From positions 248,001 to 312,000 of the IMG/VR virus record IMGVR_UViG_3300036766_002289: a DNA stretch of 64,000 nucleotides. One strand, written 5' to 3'. The notes beneath the pieces are model-generated. The model ran no database searches and had not been told where the DNA came from. It saw only the letters and a program-made list of their open reading frames with translations. The position numbers and the translations under genes are program-made. Below, piece after piece: positions 23,054-34,836 of the stretch; position 1 is the first letter of the stretch, and each line of letters begins with the position of its first letter.

Positions 23054-25083
23054 ATAGTGGTAATAAGAGCATTTTTTAGTCCAACCGAAATCCTAATTGG
23101 AGTAATAAATGATCCGAGAACCCAATGGCGGGAATTACCGCAAAGGTAAGGCTTTGACTTACCAAGGTGTATTAGATGAAATTGCATCTAACCTTGAGAA
23201 CGCAAATGCATGGGCGGTTCATAAAAATTGGAGCAATGCAGCTAAGTACAGTCTTAAAGCAGAAGCTTTAATTGAATTACTTGAAGTCCATAATTGTGGT
23301 TCTATTGGTGGGTTTGATAATGGCCAAAAACCGAATTCAACTTTAGAAGAACGGTGGGAGTGGCTAGACGGCGGCAATCCAAACTAGGGTAAATATAATG
23401 AATGTCCTTGGTAAATTAGATAAAGTCCTTGAAAAGAAATGGGCAGAGATTAATGAAAAATGGGAAGAAATTGAGGCAAAGGATGGAAACCCTTACGAAT
23501 TATGGTATAGTTTCCTTGAAACTCTAGGACATTATAAGACCGTAACTTATGAATCTCATTGGCATCCCGAATATGGTGTTCCTGCCCTTATTAAGGCTCT
23601 TTTTGACGTAGTGAATAGTGACAAACTAGTATATGCTATTGATTTTGATACTGGTAGTAATGCGAGTGAGGTACTATTCTTTGACCGTGAGGAACTACAT
23701 GAAGCCCTTAAATGTGTTTAATCAAACTGATGAAGAATTAGAACAAAGACTCAAGGACCATAAGCGCAAGATGTGGCAAATGCTCTTGGTTTTTATTGTC
23801 GTAATGACTCTTAATGTTCTATTTGTTTTAGGCATTGCTTGCTATGGTCCCGCCTTACCTAGTGTGCAGATTCTCATTTCTACTCCCCTTTGCGTTATTA
23901 ATTGCTTGTCTATTTGGTGGTTAGGCTTAGGCGGGAGATGGCAATGAAATGGGAATTGCCTTGGAGATATCCTGAATGGCTTTATATTGCAATGGCAATT
24001 GCTTTCATGATTGGTTGGTATTTAGGAGGCACTAAATGATTCAGCCTAATTTTGGATATTTTGATATCAGCGGTGGAAGATTGGTAATTAGTTTCTATTA
24101 TCCAGATGAAACTGGTGCTACCAAAAGAGAAGAATTAACGGTACTTAAGAATCATATTGAAGTCACTGAACTTTGTATTAAATTGAACGCAATGCTTCCT
24201 TTGATGGCTCAAGCGTCGGCGCGATTTGAAAAGGGTGCATAATGGACGATATTGCTCTTTATGAAATTCTTGTTCCAACCGTTATGAATAAGAAGCCTGT
24301 TAGGACACGGCACCACAGGCAATGGGATAAATACGTTCAAAATATAAGTGGTGGTTTAACCATCCTTAAACCAAATAAGGGGAAATGGGTTTCTCCTAAA
24401 TCTAAAGAGTTGTATGAAGAACGGAGTATCCCCGTTCGTATTGCCTGCACCAGACAGGAAATTGACAAGATTATTGATTTCACTATTAAGCATTACAATC
24501 AGCTTGCGGTCATGGCCTACAAGCTTAGCACCGAGGTAATTATCAAACATAGGGACTAAGATGAAAGATTGGTTAAATACTTTTGAATATTTGGGAAGCC
24601 ATTCTGCAAATGGGCAGATTATATCTTCTTGGCAAAAGGTTTTCCCTAATGAATATCGTATTTGTTATCACACTTATGAAAATGAATACGGCGGGAAGTC
24701 GATAATCGCGGTAGATGTATTACCTGAAATTGGTGAATCAGAAGGGATTTATCACAAACGGTCCCCAAGTTTGAGTTTTTTTGCCACTGGCTTCGAGGAA
24801 TTTGAAGAACTAGAAAACAAGATTAAAAGGGAGATTGTTCCAACTCTGAAAAAGTGGGCAATTAAAACACTATGAGAAAGAAATATTGGAATGATTGAAC
24901 CAACAGAATTTGATGCAGAGAACCCATTTTTTCGCATTAAAGAGTGGAAATTTGCGGAAGATTGTGTTGCCCAAATCGTGGAAGATAAATTCGGTCGTCT
25001 TGGCACTGATTATAGGCTTTTTGACGGTAATCGTTGGCTATATGTTCCCATTGAAGTATTCAATCTTTTCCTAAAACTTGGCA

Positions 25084-25551
25084 ATGCACGAAAACCATAA
25101 AAAAGAACAATACTTCTTTAATGATGAAACCATCCAAAAGCTAGCAGACTTTGCTAGTCAATTCGAGAATCCGTGCTGTCTCTGCACCCCCACCGTTGGC
25201 GTTGAACTAGAAAAACGTGGCATCCAAGTCACCACTTTAGATACCGACGAACGCTTTTCTAATCTAAAAGGCTTTATCAAATACGACCTCTACAGACCTA
25301 TTGCACTAGACAAGAAATTTGGTATAATTCTCTGCGACCCACCGTTCAACATCGTCAAACTGTCCCAATTGTTCACTGCAATACGTATGTTAAGTGCAGG
25401 GTTTGAACAGCCACTATGGATCAGTCACCCAGAAGAACGAAAATACGATGTAATGGCGACTTTTTTCTGGTTTAAGCTGAAAGAAACAGGATTCTTCCCA
25501 CAATACCAGATACCCCAAGAACATATTCAATTTTATGGAAATATTTTGTGA
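25084..25551 (+). CDS. N6-adenine-MTase-like (EEF1AKMT1/Efm5-type) methyltransferase
   Basis: QYFF..ET...CLCTPTV...LDTDERF...FIKYDLYRP...LCDPPF. Confidence 0.7.
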   Translation: MHENHKKEQYFFNDETIQKLADFASQFENPCCLCTPTVGVELEKRGIQVTTLDTDERFSNLKGFIKYDLYRPIALDKKFGIILCDPPFNIVKLSQLFTAIRMLSAGFEQPLWISHPEERKYDVMATFFWFKLKETGFFPQYQIPQEHIQFYGNIL

Positions 25552-26786
25552 AAATTGAATTTCTAAAACTATATAATTATGCCAAACAATGTTGCAAGCA
25601 TAAATGATACATTATACTTATAAATTCAGGTTATATCCAAACGCTGACCAGCAGAAACGTCTCAGCCAGCACTTCGGCTGTTGCCGTTTTGTGTATAACC
25701 ACTTCCTTGCTCAACGTAAAGATGCTTACCTTGCTAACGAGAAATCACCGAATTATTATCAACAGGCTGGTGATTTAACTAAGTTGAAGAATGAAAAAGA
25801 ATGGTTGTATGATGCCAACAGTCAAGTTCTACAATTTGAATTAAAATGTCTGCAAGCCGCGTATAATAATTTCTTTGAGAGAAGGGCGAAGTTGCCAAAG
25901 TTTCATAATAAAAAGAACAAACAGAGTTTTACAATACCACAGCATGTGGGCATTAAGAACGATAGACTTTACTTCCCTAAATTCAAGGACGGCATAAAGA
26001 TTAAACTTCATCGTGAGATAGAAGGAGTGATTAAACATGCTACATTAAGTAGAAATTGTGCGGGTCAATATTTTGTGGCTGTTCTTGTTAAACGAGACAT
26101 TGAACAATTGTTAGGAAATAATAAAGAAATTGGTCTGGATTTAGGTATTAATGCACTCGTTACTTGTTCGGATGGAAAATCCTACAAAAACATTCGTCCA
26201 TATAGGAATTTGGAACACCGATTGCGAACATTAAGTAAGAATCTCCACCGAAAAAAATTGGGTAGCAAGAATCGTGAGCGAGCTAGGAAGATATTGGCTA
26301 AGTGCCATACAAAGATAGTAAATATTCGTAATAACCATTTGCACAAAGTATCCAAAAATATCATTGGCGATAACCAAGTCATCGTTTTGGAGAATTTGAA
26401 TATAGATGGAATGTTGCGAAACCACTGTCTTGCTAAATCTATTGCTGATGTATCATTTTCTGAATTGGTTAGACAAATTGAATATAAGGCAAATTGGTAT
26501 GGCAGGACAATAATTAAAATAGACAGATGGTTCCCATCTAGTAAAACTTGTTCAGAGTGTGGTTATGTTATGGATAACTTGCCTTTGAGTGTTAGAGAAT
26601 GGGAGTGTCCTCAGTGTCAAATAAAACATGATCGTGATAAGAATGCGTCCATCAATATATTGAATGAAGGAAAAAGAACTGTAGGAATTACAGGGATAGC
26701 GTCTGGACTTAATGTAAGACCTAAGAGTGATCTTGGGCAATCAAGGACGAAGGACGAAGCCACGCCATCTTAGGGCGGCAATTCAC
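25537..26786 (+). mobile_element. solo tnpB element (IS200/IS605 family, no tnpA)
   Basis: Follows TTTAT (25532-25536). Right end GAAGCCACGCC-ATCTTAG-GGCGGCAATTCAC has a subterminal hairpin and ends in TCAC. Confidence 0.75.
25604..26773 (+). CDS. tnpB: RNA-guided endonuclease TnpB
   Basis: YKFRLYP HTH; RuvC residues IGLDLG, VLENL, HDRDKNA intact; zinc ribbon CSECG/CPQC. Confidence 0.95.
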   Translation: MIHYTYKFRLYPNADQQKRLSQHFGCCRFVYNHFLAQRKDAYLANEKSPNYYQQAGDLTKLKNEKEWLYDANSQVLQFELKCLQAAYNNFFERRAKLPKFHNKKNKQSFTIPQHVGIKNDRLYFPKFKDGIKIKLHREIEGVIKHATLSRNCAGQYFVAVLVKRDIEQLLGNNKEIGLDLGINALVTCSDGKSYKNIRPYRNLEHRLRTLSKNLHRKKLGSKNRERARKILAKCHTKIVNIRNNHLHKVSKNIIGDNQVIVLENLNIDGMLRNHCLAKSIADVSFSELVRQIEYKANWYGRTIIKIDRWFPSSKTCSECGYVMDNLPLSVREWECPQCQIKHDRDKNASINILNEGKRTVGITGIASGLNVRPKSDLGQSRTKDEATPS

Positions 26787-26797
26787 GGAAATACACA

Positions 26798-27511
26798 ATG
26801 AGCGCAACCGCATATAAACTGACCCACCATTTCACTGAGAAACACCTTACAATGTTAAGGGAATTCTTATCCTATGAGGTAAGATACCCAAAAGAATTCC
26901 CAATCCAAAAAGATTCTAATGGCTTCCTAATCCAAGCTGGCCCCTTCTCCACCCTACACTGGAGTCGCCAGGTGGAATGGCCTTGGGCTGTTCTTAATGC
27001 AGACCTTAAAAAGTCCCACGTTGCTCTTGATATCGGCAGTGGTCAATCAGTTTTCAAGTTCTTGGTTGCAGATAAGTGTAAGCGGTTAACCACTTTAGAT
27101 CATGACTCTAAGACTGTAATTGAAACAGGTTTTTCAGCTAGGCAATTAGGATTTAAGAATATTATTCCTGTGGATGGGGATGCTAGGAAGTTGCCTTTTA
27201 AGGATAATACATTTGATCGTGTATTCCTGATATCGGTCATGGAGCATATGCCTAGTGGTCATATTAAGGCGGTAAAAGAGTTAAAAAGGGTATTGAAGCC
27301 AGGTGGTATTGGGTCGATATCGTTTGATATTGCGGTGAGTGGGCATAGTGATATTGACTTCCATGTAAATATCAAACAGGCATGGAATATCATGAAGGAA
27401 TTAGGGGTGGAACGAGATGATAACCTATTAACGAATAGTGCTACAGTAACACTGAGAGATTTAGGTGGTTTGTCCATTACAGCGGTATTGGTTTCATATA
27501 AGAAGGATTAA
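26798..27511 (+). CDS. class I SAM-dependent methyltransferase
   Basis: ALDIGSG...GDARKLPFKDNTFD...SVMEH...RVLKPGG. Confidence 0.9.
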   Translation: MSATAYKLTHHFTEKHLTMLREFLSYEVRYPKEFPIQKDSNGFLIQAGPFSTLHWSRQVEWPWAVLNADLKKSHVALDIGSGQSVFKFLVADKCKRLTTLDHDSKTVIETGFSARQLGFKNIIPVDGDARKLPFKDNTFDRVFLISVMEHMPSGHIKAVKELKRVLKPGGIGSISFDIAVSGHSDIDFHVNIKQAWNIMKELGVERDDNLLTNSATVTLRDLGGLSITAVLVSYKKD

Positions 27512-29462
27512 ATCATGGACACAGTAACGTTTACTAAGGACGAAGTTAAAGAAATTTACGAGTGGATTGATGCTATGTCAGGTGGCAATCCAGAAAATGG
27601 TTTTATGTGGGATGGGACTGATGATCCTAAACACCCACAGATTTCTGCATTGGTTAAAGTATTTAAGTGTATTGGGCGACGTATCCCAGAAAGTTGCGAA
27701 CCATGCAAAAAATAAGAATTGAACCTAGTGTATATGCTGGGTTTTTGGATATATTTGTGAATGATGAATTTTTCGCTAATTACGGAAATGAAAAATTTTC
27801 TTTTGCTCCTGATTCTGACCTTATTGAACTTGATACTCTTAAAGAAATCATTAAACAACTAGGAGATTGATATGCAAGGTATCCGTATTCGTCATGGAAT
27901 GCTCTTAAAAACCTTAGCTGAAAAGCTAAATCGGTTTCCATCGTCTGTCCGTCGCTCCCTAAAGCGTATGGGATATAGCGTCATTAGAGGTAAAGTTTGG
28001 CTACGAGGACAATTCATAAGGAGATACTAATGGAGATTTCTATTGGTGATTATGGTCGCATGATGTTTGAAGAGATGACTTCCGCAAAAAGTGGCTGTCT
28101 TCATTGGGATAGTATCCGCGATGAAGCTAAACCATTGGTGCATAAGCTTTTAGAACTTAACAATAAGATGAAGAATGCACCATATCAAATCGTAGGCATT
28201 AAAGAAAATGGGAAGAAGGTATTATCGAAAGCCAAGCGTATAGAAAAGGCTCAAGTTCAAATGTGGGGATATAAGGCTTGCGTGCTTAAGGAAGGCGATT
28301 ATGTGTGGTTGAATGACAATAATGACCATGAGATGTATATTCGTCAAGATGACCCTGTAAAAGTTATTGATATCACCAAGAAAGGTATTTACTTGGCGAT
28401 GCATGACATTATTGAGCGAATTAACATAGATGAAAACATATTGCTGGCACCTGCTGATTTTCATGGAAAAGAAGAATCTTACACATCTGATGAATATTGG
28501 CTGAAACAAGCAGATGCTCTTGGAATATAGGAGTCATTATGTGGGATTGTCACGAACACCGAGACGAATTGTGGATTAGTAACAGCTGCACAGTTTACCA
28601 TAAAGAACATGGTCAATTGTGTTGGTGGGAAGTTCATTGGGACTGTATTATTTATCATCCTATTCAGTTTAAGGACAAAACGGCAGCAGCAAAGTGGATC
28701 GGTGAAGGGTGTATTGCGGATATTCAAGAAGGTTTGTCACGTCTTCAGGTTGGGTTTTCTTGCGAAGGGTTTAGCAAACGTGAATATTATCGCGGATAGC
28801 TTAGTTGTACCGAGGTTGACATGAACACCAAATATCCAGAACTTGATAAGGCAGTTGACTATGTTCTCCGTGTGACTCTTGGCAAAATTGCTGAGTCAGC
28901 GGAATTTGCTGACCAGCCAGAGATGCCATATAAGGCTCAGTATATTCTGGAAGAACTCATTAAGAAGTTAAAGGAGCGCGTATGATCCAGATATCCATAC
29001 ATGAAAATGACAGTATGAGCGCAGATAAGTTAAAGCCAGGTCAGTGGGGAGTCTTGACGGAAGGACATGACGGTGTTCCATCAGGGACTCTTTGCTATAT
29101 GGCTTGGGGTGGTTTTGCAGCCCCAGATAAGGGAAGTTTGCAATTCCCTTTCAGGGGAACTTGGGCATGTAAAACAGAGGTGTATATGGTACGTCATTTA
29201 AGGACTGGCGAAGTTATTAGTGGACGAATGGAATGATTAAGGGAGAACAAATGCACATTAGGATCAATCTTAATGAAGACGGCACGGCTACATACTTTAG
29301 GTGGCTAGACGATGAAGAGGACTATGACTTCAGGAATCCCCTTCCATCGTATCTTGCCTTGAAAGCTATTAGCCAAGGTGCTACTGCTGATATTACTGCT
29401 TTAGACCCCGATGACAGTGACCGAGTTTTTGAAGGTAGCATTAAATTCTATGGAGGCTAAAA

Positions 29463-29770
29463 ATGGGTTACATGGGATTAAGTTGCGTTTGTGATAGTGA
29501 TGCCGCATCTGACCTTGCTGGTAATGTATTTAGTGGCATGGTGAAGACACTGCGAGCGGGCTTGAAAGAACGGGGTAACGAATATAATACTGATGGCCCT
29601 GTCAATGTGGCTTTGTTTATTGAAGAATATCTTAATCCCGATTAGAAGCACTTATGGTCAAGTCTAATAAAGCAGAATGGGATAATGAGCGAAATAAGAA
29701 AGATCATTTGACTGCATACAAGCGAATGCTCAAGAGTCTTGATGGATTCTTGGACAACGTGAGGTTATAG
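29463..29770 (+). pseudogene. frameshifted hypothetical gene
   Basis: Coding-like sequence continues in another frame after ~29641 (LEALMVKSNKAEW...) and stops in the motif. Confidence 0.45.
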
Positions 29771-31232
29771 CTTAGTTGTACTAACAAGGGAGACTAACAT
29801 GGATTTCAAAGTTCAAAGAGCTAGTTTGGTTGCGGGTGAGTGGAAGACTGTTTGCACCAATAGCAAGGAAGACTATGTGCGAGAAATCTATAAGAAACAG
29901 CTTCAACTCTACTCTGTTGGGCGTTTTCGTCTCTTAGACCCTGATGGAAAGGTGCTTGCTGAAGATAAAGCTGCACCATTATTCAGCAATAACTAAGGTG
30001 AAAAATGGCACTTACTTGGGGCGAAGAATACGACCTGAAGAAGCTGCTTGAAAAAAACAAAGCTAAAGAAGAAAAATCACCTGGATTAGGTGGTTGTTTT
30101 ACTGTATTGCTTGCTCTTGCCCTTACCTATCTTTCCTATTATCTAATAATTAATTGGGTTGAGAAGGTCAATAACCACATGAAATCGGCGAATTCTCGCT
30201 TAGAAAGGCTTGAGAAACATGAAGGGCCGTGATATGCCAATGTGTTTCGGTGATAACCATAAGTGGACCCCCGCTGGTGGTTGTAAAGAAAATCCTGGGT
30301 ATTATGGCGTTGGTGGTTCAGCCATTATGTATTCTGAAGTCTGCGAGCATTGTAAGACTGAACGTAGCAGGATTTTTGGTGATAAGAGCGCAAGTGGCAA
30401 TAGGAACCGTGGCTGGCGTTATGACGCCTACGGTGAATATAATTATGCTTAAACCAGCAGAAACAATCAAGGAAGCTACCGATGCATTGAATGATGCTTG
30501 GACTGATTTTAAGCATAAATCCTCATTCTATTATCGTGTAATGCATGGTTCCGAAGACGCTAAGGATGCCCACGAAGAATTTAGAATGACGTGTCAGCAA
30601 GTTTCTGGTTGGCTTGAGTATGGCGAACTTGGTGAAGGCACAATTTTTGTTGATGAGTATGTGGGGAAGAAATCGCCCTTATGGATTGAGACAAAACAAC
30701 TCCTGAATATGGCAGAATTTGTTCTAATTAAGTATCGACAATATAGCCGTAGGGATTTGCATTATAAGCCTAAATCCATGACTGAATTAAGTAAATTCAT
30801 GAATTGGATATTTTGGCGATACTCATAGCTTAGTTGTACCAGTAGAGCAAAGGGAGAACAGACTTTATGGACCAAGATATAGTTAAGTTGAAATCTGCTA
30901 AGGCTACGAAAGATGGCCGTATCTGTTTAACCATGTGGATGCCACCGAATTTGCATGGCTGGTATGAGATTTCTTTTTCACCTTCCGAGAGTGAGTTGTT
31001 ATCGTTGGTACCAGCAGAATATCAAGATATAACCAACATCAGATTAGTGATAAATGAAGTAGGTTTGCGAAGTAGCATAGCTGAAATTCAAAATCGTGGG
31101 TTACTAAAATTTGGAAAATCTTATGAATATAATTTTTGTCAAAAAATTCGTAAGCAAATGCAAAAAGAATTGTCGATAGTTGCGGATTGCCGAACCTATG
31201 AAGGTCAACCTAGTCGCAATATGGTCCAACAA

Positions 31233-32042
31233 TTAGATTAAGACAGCTAATCTAAATGCCTTTAATCCTTTATATCCTGATTTTTTAAGTACAAAACTGA
31301 CAGTGCTGTGGTGAATGTGCCGTAATTGACAAATCTCGTTAATTGTCTTGCCTGTCGTCAATAATTTGAGTATCTCCTGATGGAGACGTGTTGCTCGCTC
31401 GAAACGATTGAGATGACTTAGGTTTATTCTTGACCATTTACGTTCCAAATAAGGAAGATGAAGGGCTATGCCAGTTTGTTTTAGGAATTTGACTGCTATG
31501 CTATTAGCAAAATTGACGACTGCATAACCTTTAGTGTTAATTTTGGCCACAGGGCATTTAATACCCAAATGAGAATGTAATCTATGACTCATAAGGTTCA
31601 AGTTGGAAAGCCAACTACTATGAATTTTAATTGTTATAAAGGAATCTGGTCGTCCGCCTGATTGGGCACGGATAGAGCCGTCACCATCTATAAATCCAAT
31701 TAAAAGAGGCCAAAATAAGTCTTTGTTGATTTTACTAAGGTCAGGCGGCTCATAAGTTTTACGGCAAGACATATTGAATTTTTTAGATATATTGGTAACT
31801 AATGGGTCTGAGAAGGCAGCACTAATTTGAGGATACGATTTACCATTGCACTTAATAGTTCTATAATGAAAACTATTATCATACCCGACGTATTTGAGGA
31901 AGGTTTTTAGGTGGGCTTCATCCTTGATAGACAATGAAACGCAAAGACGATTGCCTTTGAAATGGCCGTCTGCCAATAAGAAACCTATCCAATAGTAAGA
32001 TATTGGGGACTCGTTTAACAGTGAATGTAATTTTGATTTCAT
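31233..32042 (-). CDS. LAGLIDADG homing endonuclease
   Basis: Two motifs, YWIGFLLADG and LIGFIDGDG; C-terminal HTH. Confidence 0.9.
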   Translation of the reverse strand: MKSKLHSLLNESPISYYWIGFLLADGHFKGNRLCVSLSIKDEAHLKTFLKYVGYDNSFHYRTIKCNGKSYPQISAAFSDPLVTNISKKFNMSCRKTYEPPDLSKINKDLFWPLLIGFIDGDGSIRAQSGGRPDSFITIKIHSSWLSNLNLMSHRLHSHLGIKCPVAKINTKGYAVVNFANSIAVKFLKQTGIALHLPYLERKWSRINLSHLNRFERATRLHQEILKLLTTGKTINEICQLRHIHHSTVSFVLKKSGYKGLKAFRLAVLI

Positions 32043-33983
32043 ACTCTATATGAGTATCAGCAATAATTATTTGTGTCGTGTTTATTAAATTCTCAAGAAC
32101 TTTTAGGAGGTTGAAATGGACGCTAATCAGCAGGACAAGTTAGTGACGTTTGTTGCCACACTCATTGGCGTGGTTGCCGTGGCCGTTATTGTTGCGTGTG
32201 TTCTGGCACTTCCAGTTATGTTTCTCTGGAATGCTATTATCCCCGATATCACCAAGAATGCATTGGAACCGATTGGTTTCTGGCAGGCACTTGCTCTTAA
32301 CGTCCTTTGTTGCATTCTTTTCAAGAGTAGTTCCAGTAGCAAGAAGGGGTAAATGCAAAAACTAGCTTATAAATGGAGCAAACGCCATAAGGATTATCTA
32401 ATCCATTTCCCCACAAGACCTGATGGGCGTTTGCTCTATGGCTTTTTTGAGAGTGATTCAGCTAAAGAATTCCTAAAAGAACTAGAAGCCCGTGGCTACG
32501 ATCTAACTACCCTTAAATTTGAGGTAAAACTGAAATGACTCTTCCTTTGGTGCCTATGAGGAAGCTTGTTGAGGAAGCAAACAATCTTCCTGTTGAGCCT
32601 TATGAACGTGACTACGTTCCACGGGACGTTGTTGTTTTAGTAATTGATAGGGCAAGTATAGAGTTTCAAGATGAAGATGCTTCCTGTTTAGATTATGAAA
32701 GGATTAGGATTAAGCCTAACCCCCATATTCTTGCTGTTGCTTCTACCGATGGAGTACGAAATTCTTATAGAATTTTGGCTCATTTCCCTCAGCGTATTCA
32801 GCAGAAAGCATTGCTTGCTTTTAGGTTACTAATTGGCTCGTTTGGCATTTACCCATTTAAGCGTATTTGGGCATTAACCGTCCCTGAATCGTGGCGTGGA
32901 GAAGATGGCATTGACCAAACTATCGGAAACGTCAGATAGCCTAGTTGTACCAGAGAGCCTAATGAAAAACTTCATCCATGACCCACATGACTCTGACCCC
33001 AATTCGCCTATCCACGTCCTTAAAGAGGACAATATGAGTTGGTGTGGCTTACTCTATGCTTTTTGGGAAGAAGTCCCAGATGAAAAGCTGCAAGCTACAG
33101 CCAGACATTGTGTTAAGTGCCACCAGAATTGGCAAGCTTCTACTGGACTTGCCGAGGCGTTACTTGGATGTAGTCCAGAATTACCCAAAGATAAGTTTGT
33201 ACTAGTGTCGTCTAAGGGCTTAGTAAACGAAGCTAATCAACCTGTTGATTGGTCATATGTCAGTCCAGACTTCATGTTATGCCGTGTCGCTGGCACTATG
33301 CGATATGATGAGGTCAAGTATTTCTTAGAGACTTCTGAAATTGGTAGCTTTATTCCAGTGGACAATGACCTACTCTTCAAGGTAACTCCAAAATGACTAC
33401 AAAACAACTTAAGCAAATCAAGTCTTTACTATTAAAGATTCAAAATAAAAAGGAAGAATTGGCAGTGAAGCGGGATGAACTGCGCACTCATCTATACGAT
33501 TTTGAAGACTTAATCAATAGTCTTGAAGCTGGCATTGAAGATATTGAAGCGGGCATTGGTAACATTGAAACTGGCATTGATACTATTAGTGGCTTAATTT
33601 GAGGTGAAAAATGAAGATTAAGTATGTGATAATGAATTGCGGACGTGGTGTAACTGTGAGTGGGGACCGTGAAATTAAGCGGTTTGATACCGAACAGGAA
33701 GCCGAATTGGTCCGTGGACTTGGTAAATTGGATGTTACAAAGAACCCTAACATTATCACGGTTAAAACTTTATTTCTTAAGCTGCGTAAGGCTAACATTC
33801 CTGAGAATGAAGCAGTACAAATCGTCGGCAATCTTCTTGTAGAAGTGAACGACGAATTTGTTGAAAAATATCTTGATGAGACTACAGATATTTATGTTGA
33901 TGTTATCTTGAGAATGAAATCGGAATTCGATAAGATTTCGCCTTTGTTGTTTCTCAAATATATTGAAAGTAATAAGCTGACGA

Positions 33984-34178
33984 TTAAATTCTCTCTCTAG
34001 TGTGTAGCCAAAGAGCAAAGGATTCAGTCTGGCCAGTGACTTCAGCATGGCATTTTTTGCACATGCCGTGAGTTACTTGGTCAGTTGGCTTAGGCACATA
34101 TGGTTCTCCAGCAGAATTGTCGGGTTTTAGTAAACGTTGGCACCAAGCACAAACTCTTGTTAAATCACTTTTCTCCAT
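33984..34178 (-). CDS. small zinc-binding protein
   Basis: VCAWC...THGMCKKC; ATAAATA box just upstream of the ATG. Confidence 0.65.
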   Translation of the reverse strand: MEKSDLTRVCAWCQRLLKPDNSAGEPYVPKPTDQVTHGMCKKCHAEVTGQTESFALWLHTRERI

Positions 34179-34188
34179 AGGTTTATTT

Positions 34189-34836
34189 ATGGATATCAAA
34201 GAAACTATTAGGACAATTCGCAAGAAATACCGCGAACTAGCCGATGCTGAATGCAATACGGTTTTTAGTGATTATTATTGCAAGCAATTTGATACACAAT
34301 ATGTTGGCAAATCCACCGACAAAATTCAAATTGACCAATACGAAGTAACTGATATTGTAATCGACCACTACAATAATATGAATTGTAAGTGTGGTTTCAT
34401 GCCTGTTGAATATCTGCGTCCTTTTCGTGTTATTTTCAATTCTCACTTCGATAAAGAAGACCATTCTTATTACTTGCGAGTAGGTTCCCATTTCTTCATC
34501 AATTACTTTCGTCAGAATCGTGACAAAATTGATGACGATTATCTCGCCGTAATGCTCCAGATGGATGACCATATGCCCAAAGAAACTGGCGGTAATCACT
34601 TCCGCGAATGGCTCTTAGGTCGTAACAATAATGGTTGTGGGGAACTACGTTACAACCCTAAGCCCAAGCTATTAAAGAACTTAGTTCAAACCAAGGAAGG
34701 TTGGACATGGGAGCGGCCAAAGGATAATTGTGAGATTTGTCATGGCGAATCTGGCGGCGTTAAGGGCAATGAGAGCATCGTTAATGGGAAAGTAGTATGC
34801 GACTATTGTTCAGTTAAAATGCAGGAGATGTCATGA
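34189..34836 (+). CDS. hypothetical protein with C-terminal zinc ribbon
   Basis: CEIC...GVKGNE...VCDYC. Confidence 0.6.
   Translation: MDIKETIRTIRKKYRELADAECNTVFSDYYCKQFDTQYVGKSTDKIQIDQYEVTDIVIDHYNNMNCKCGFMPVEYLRPFRVIFNSHFDKEDHSYYLRVGSHFFINYFRQNRDKIDDDYLAVMLQMDDHMPKETGGNHFREWLLGRNNNGCGELRYNPKPKLLKNLVQTKEGWTWERPKDNCEICHGESGGVKGNESIVNGKVVCDYCSVKMQEMS

Noticed and set aside
25604-26802. TnpB as the RNA-guided effector for the motif
   Set aside because: Its catalytic residues are intact and its predicted guide matches its own flank, not the motif.
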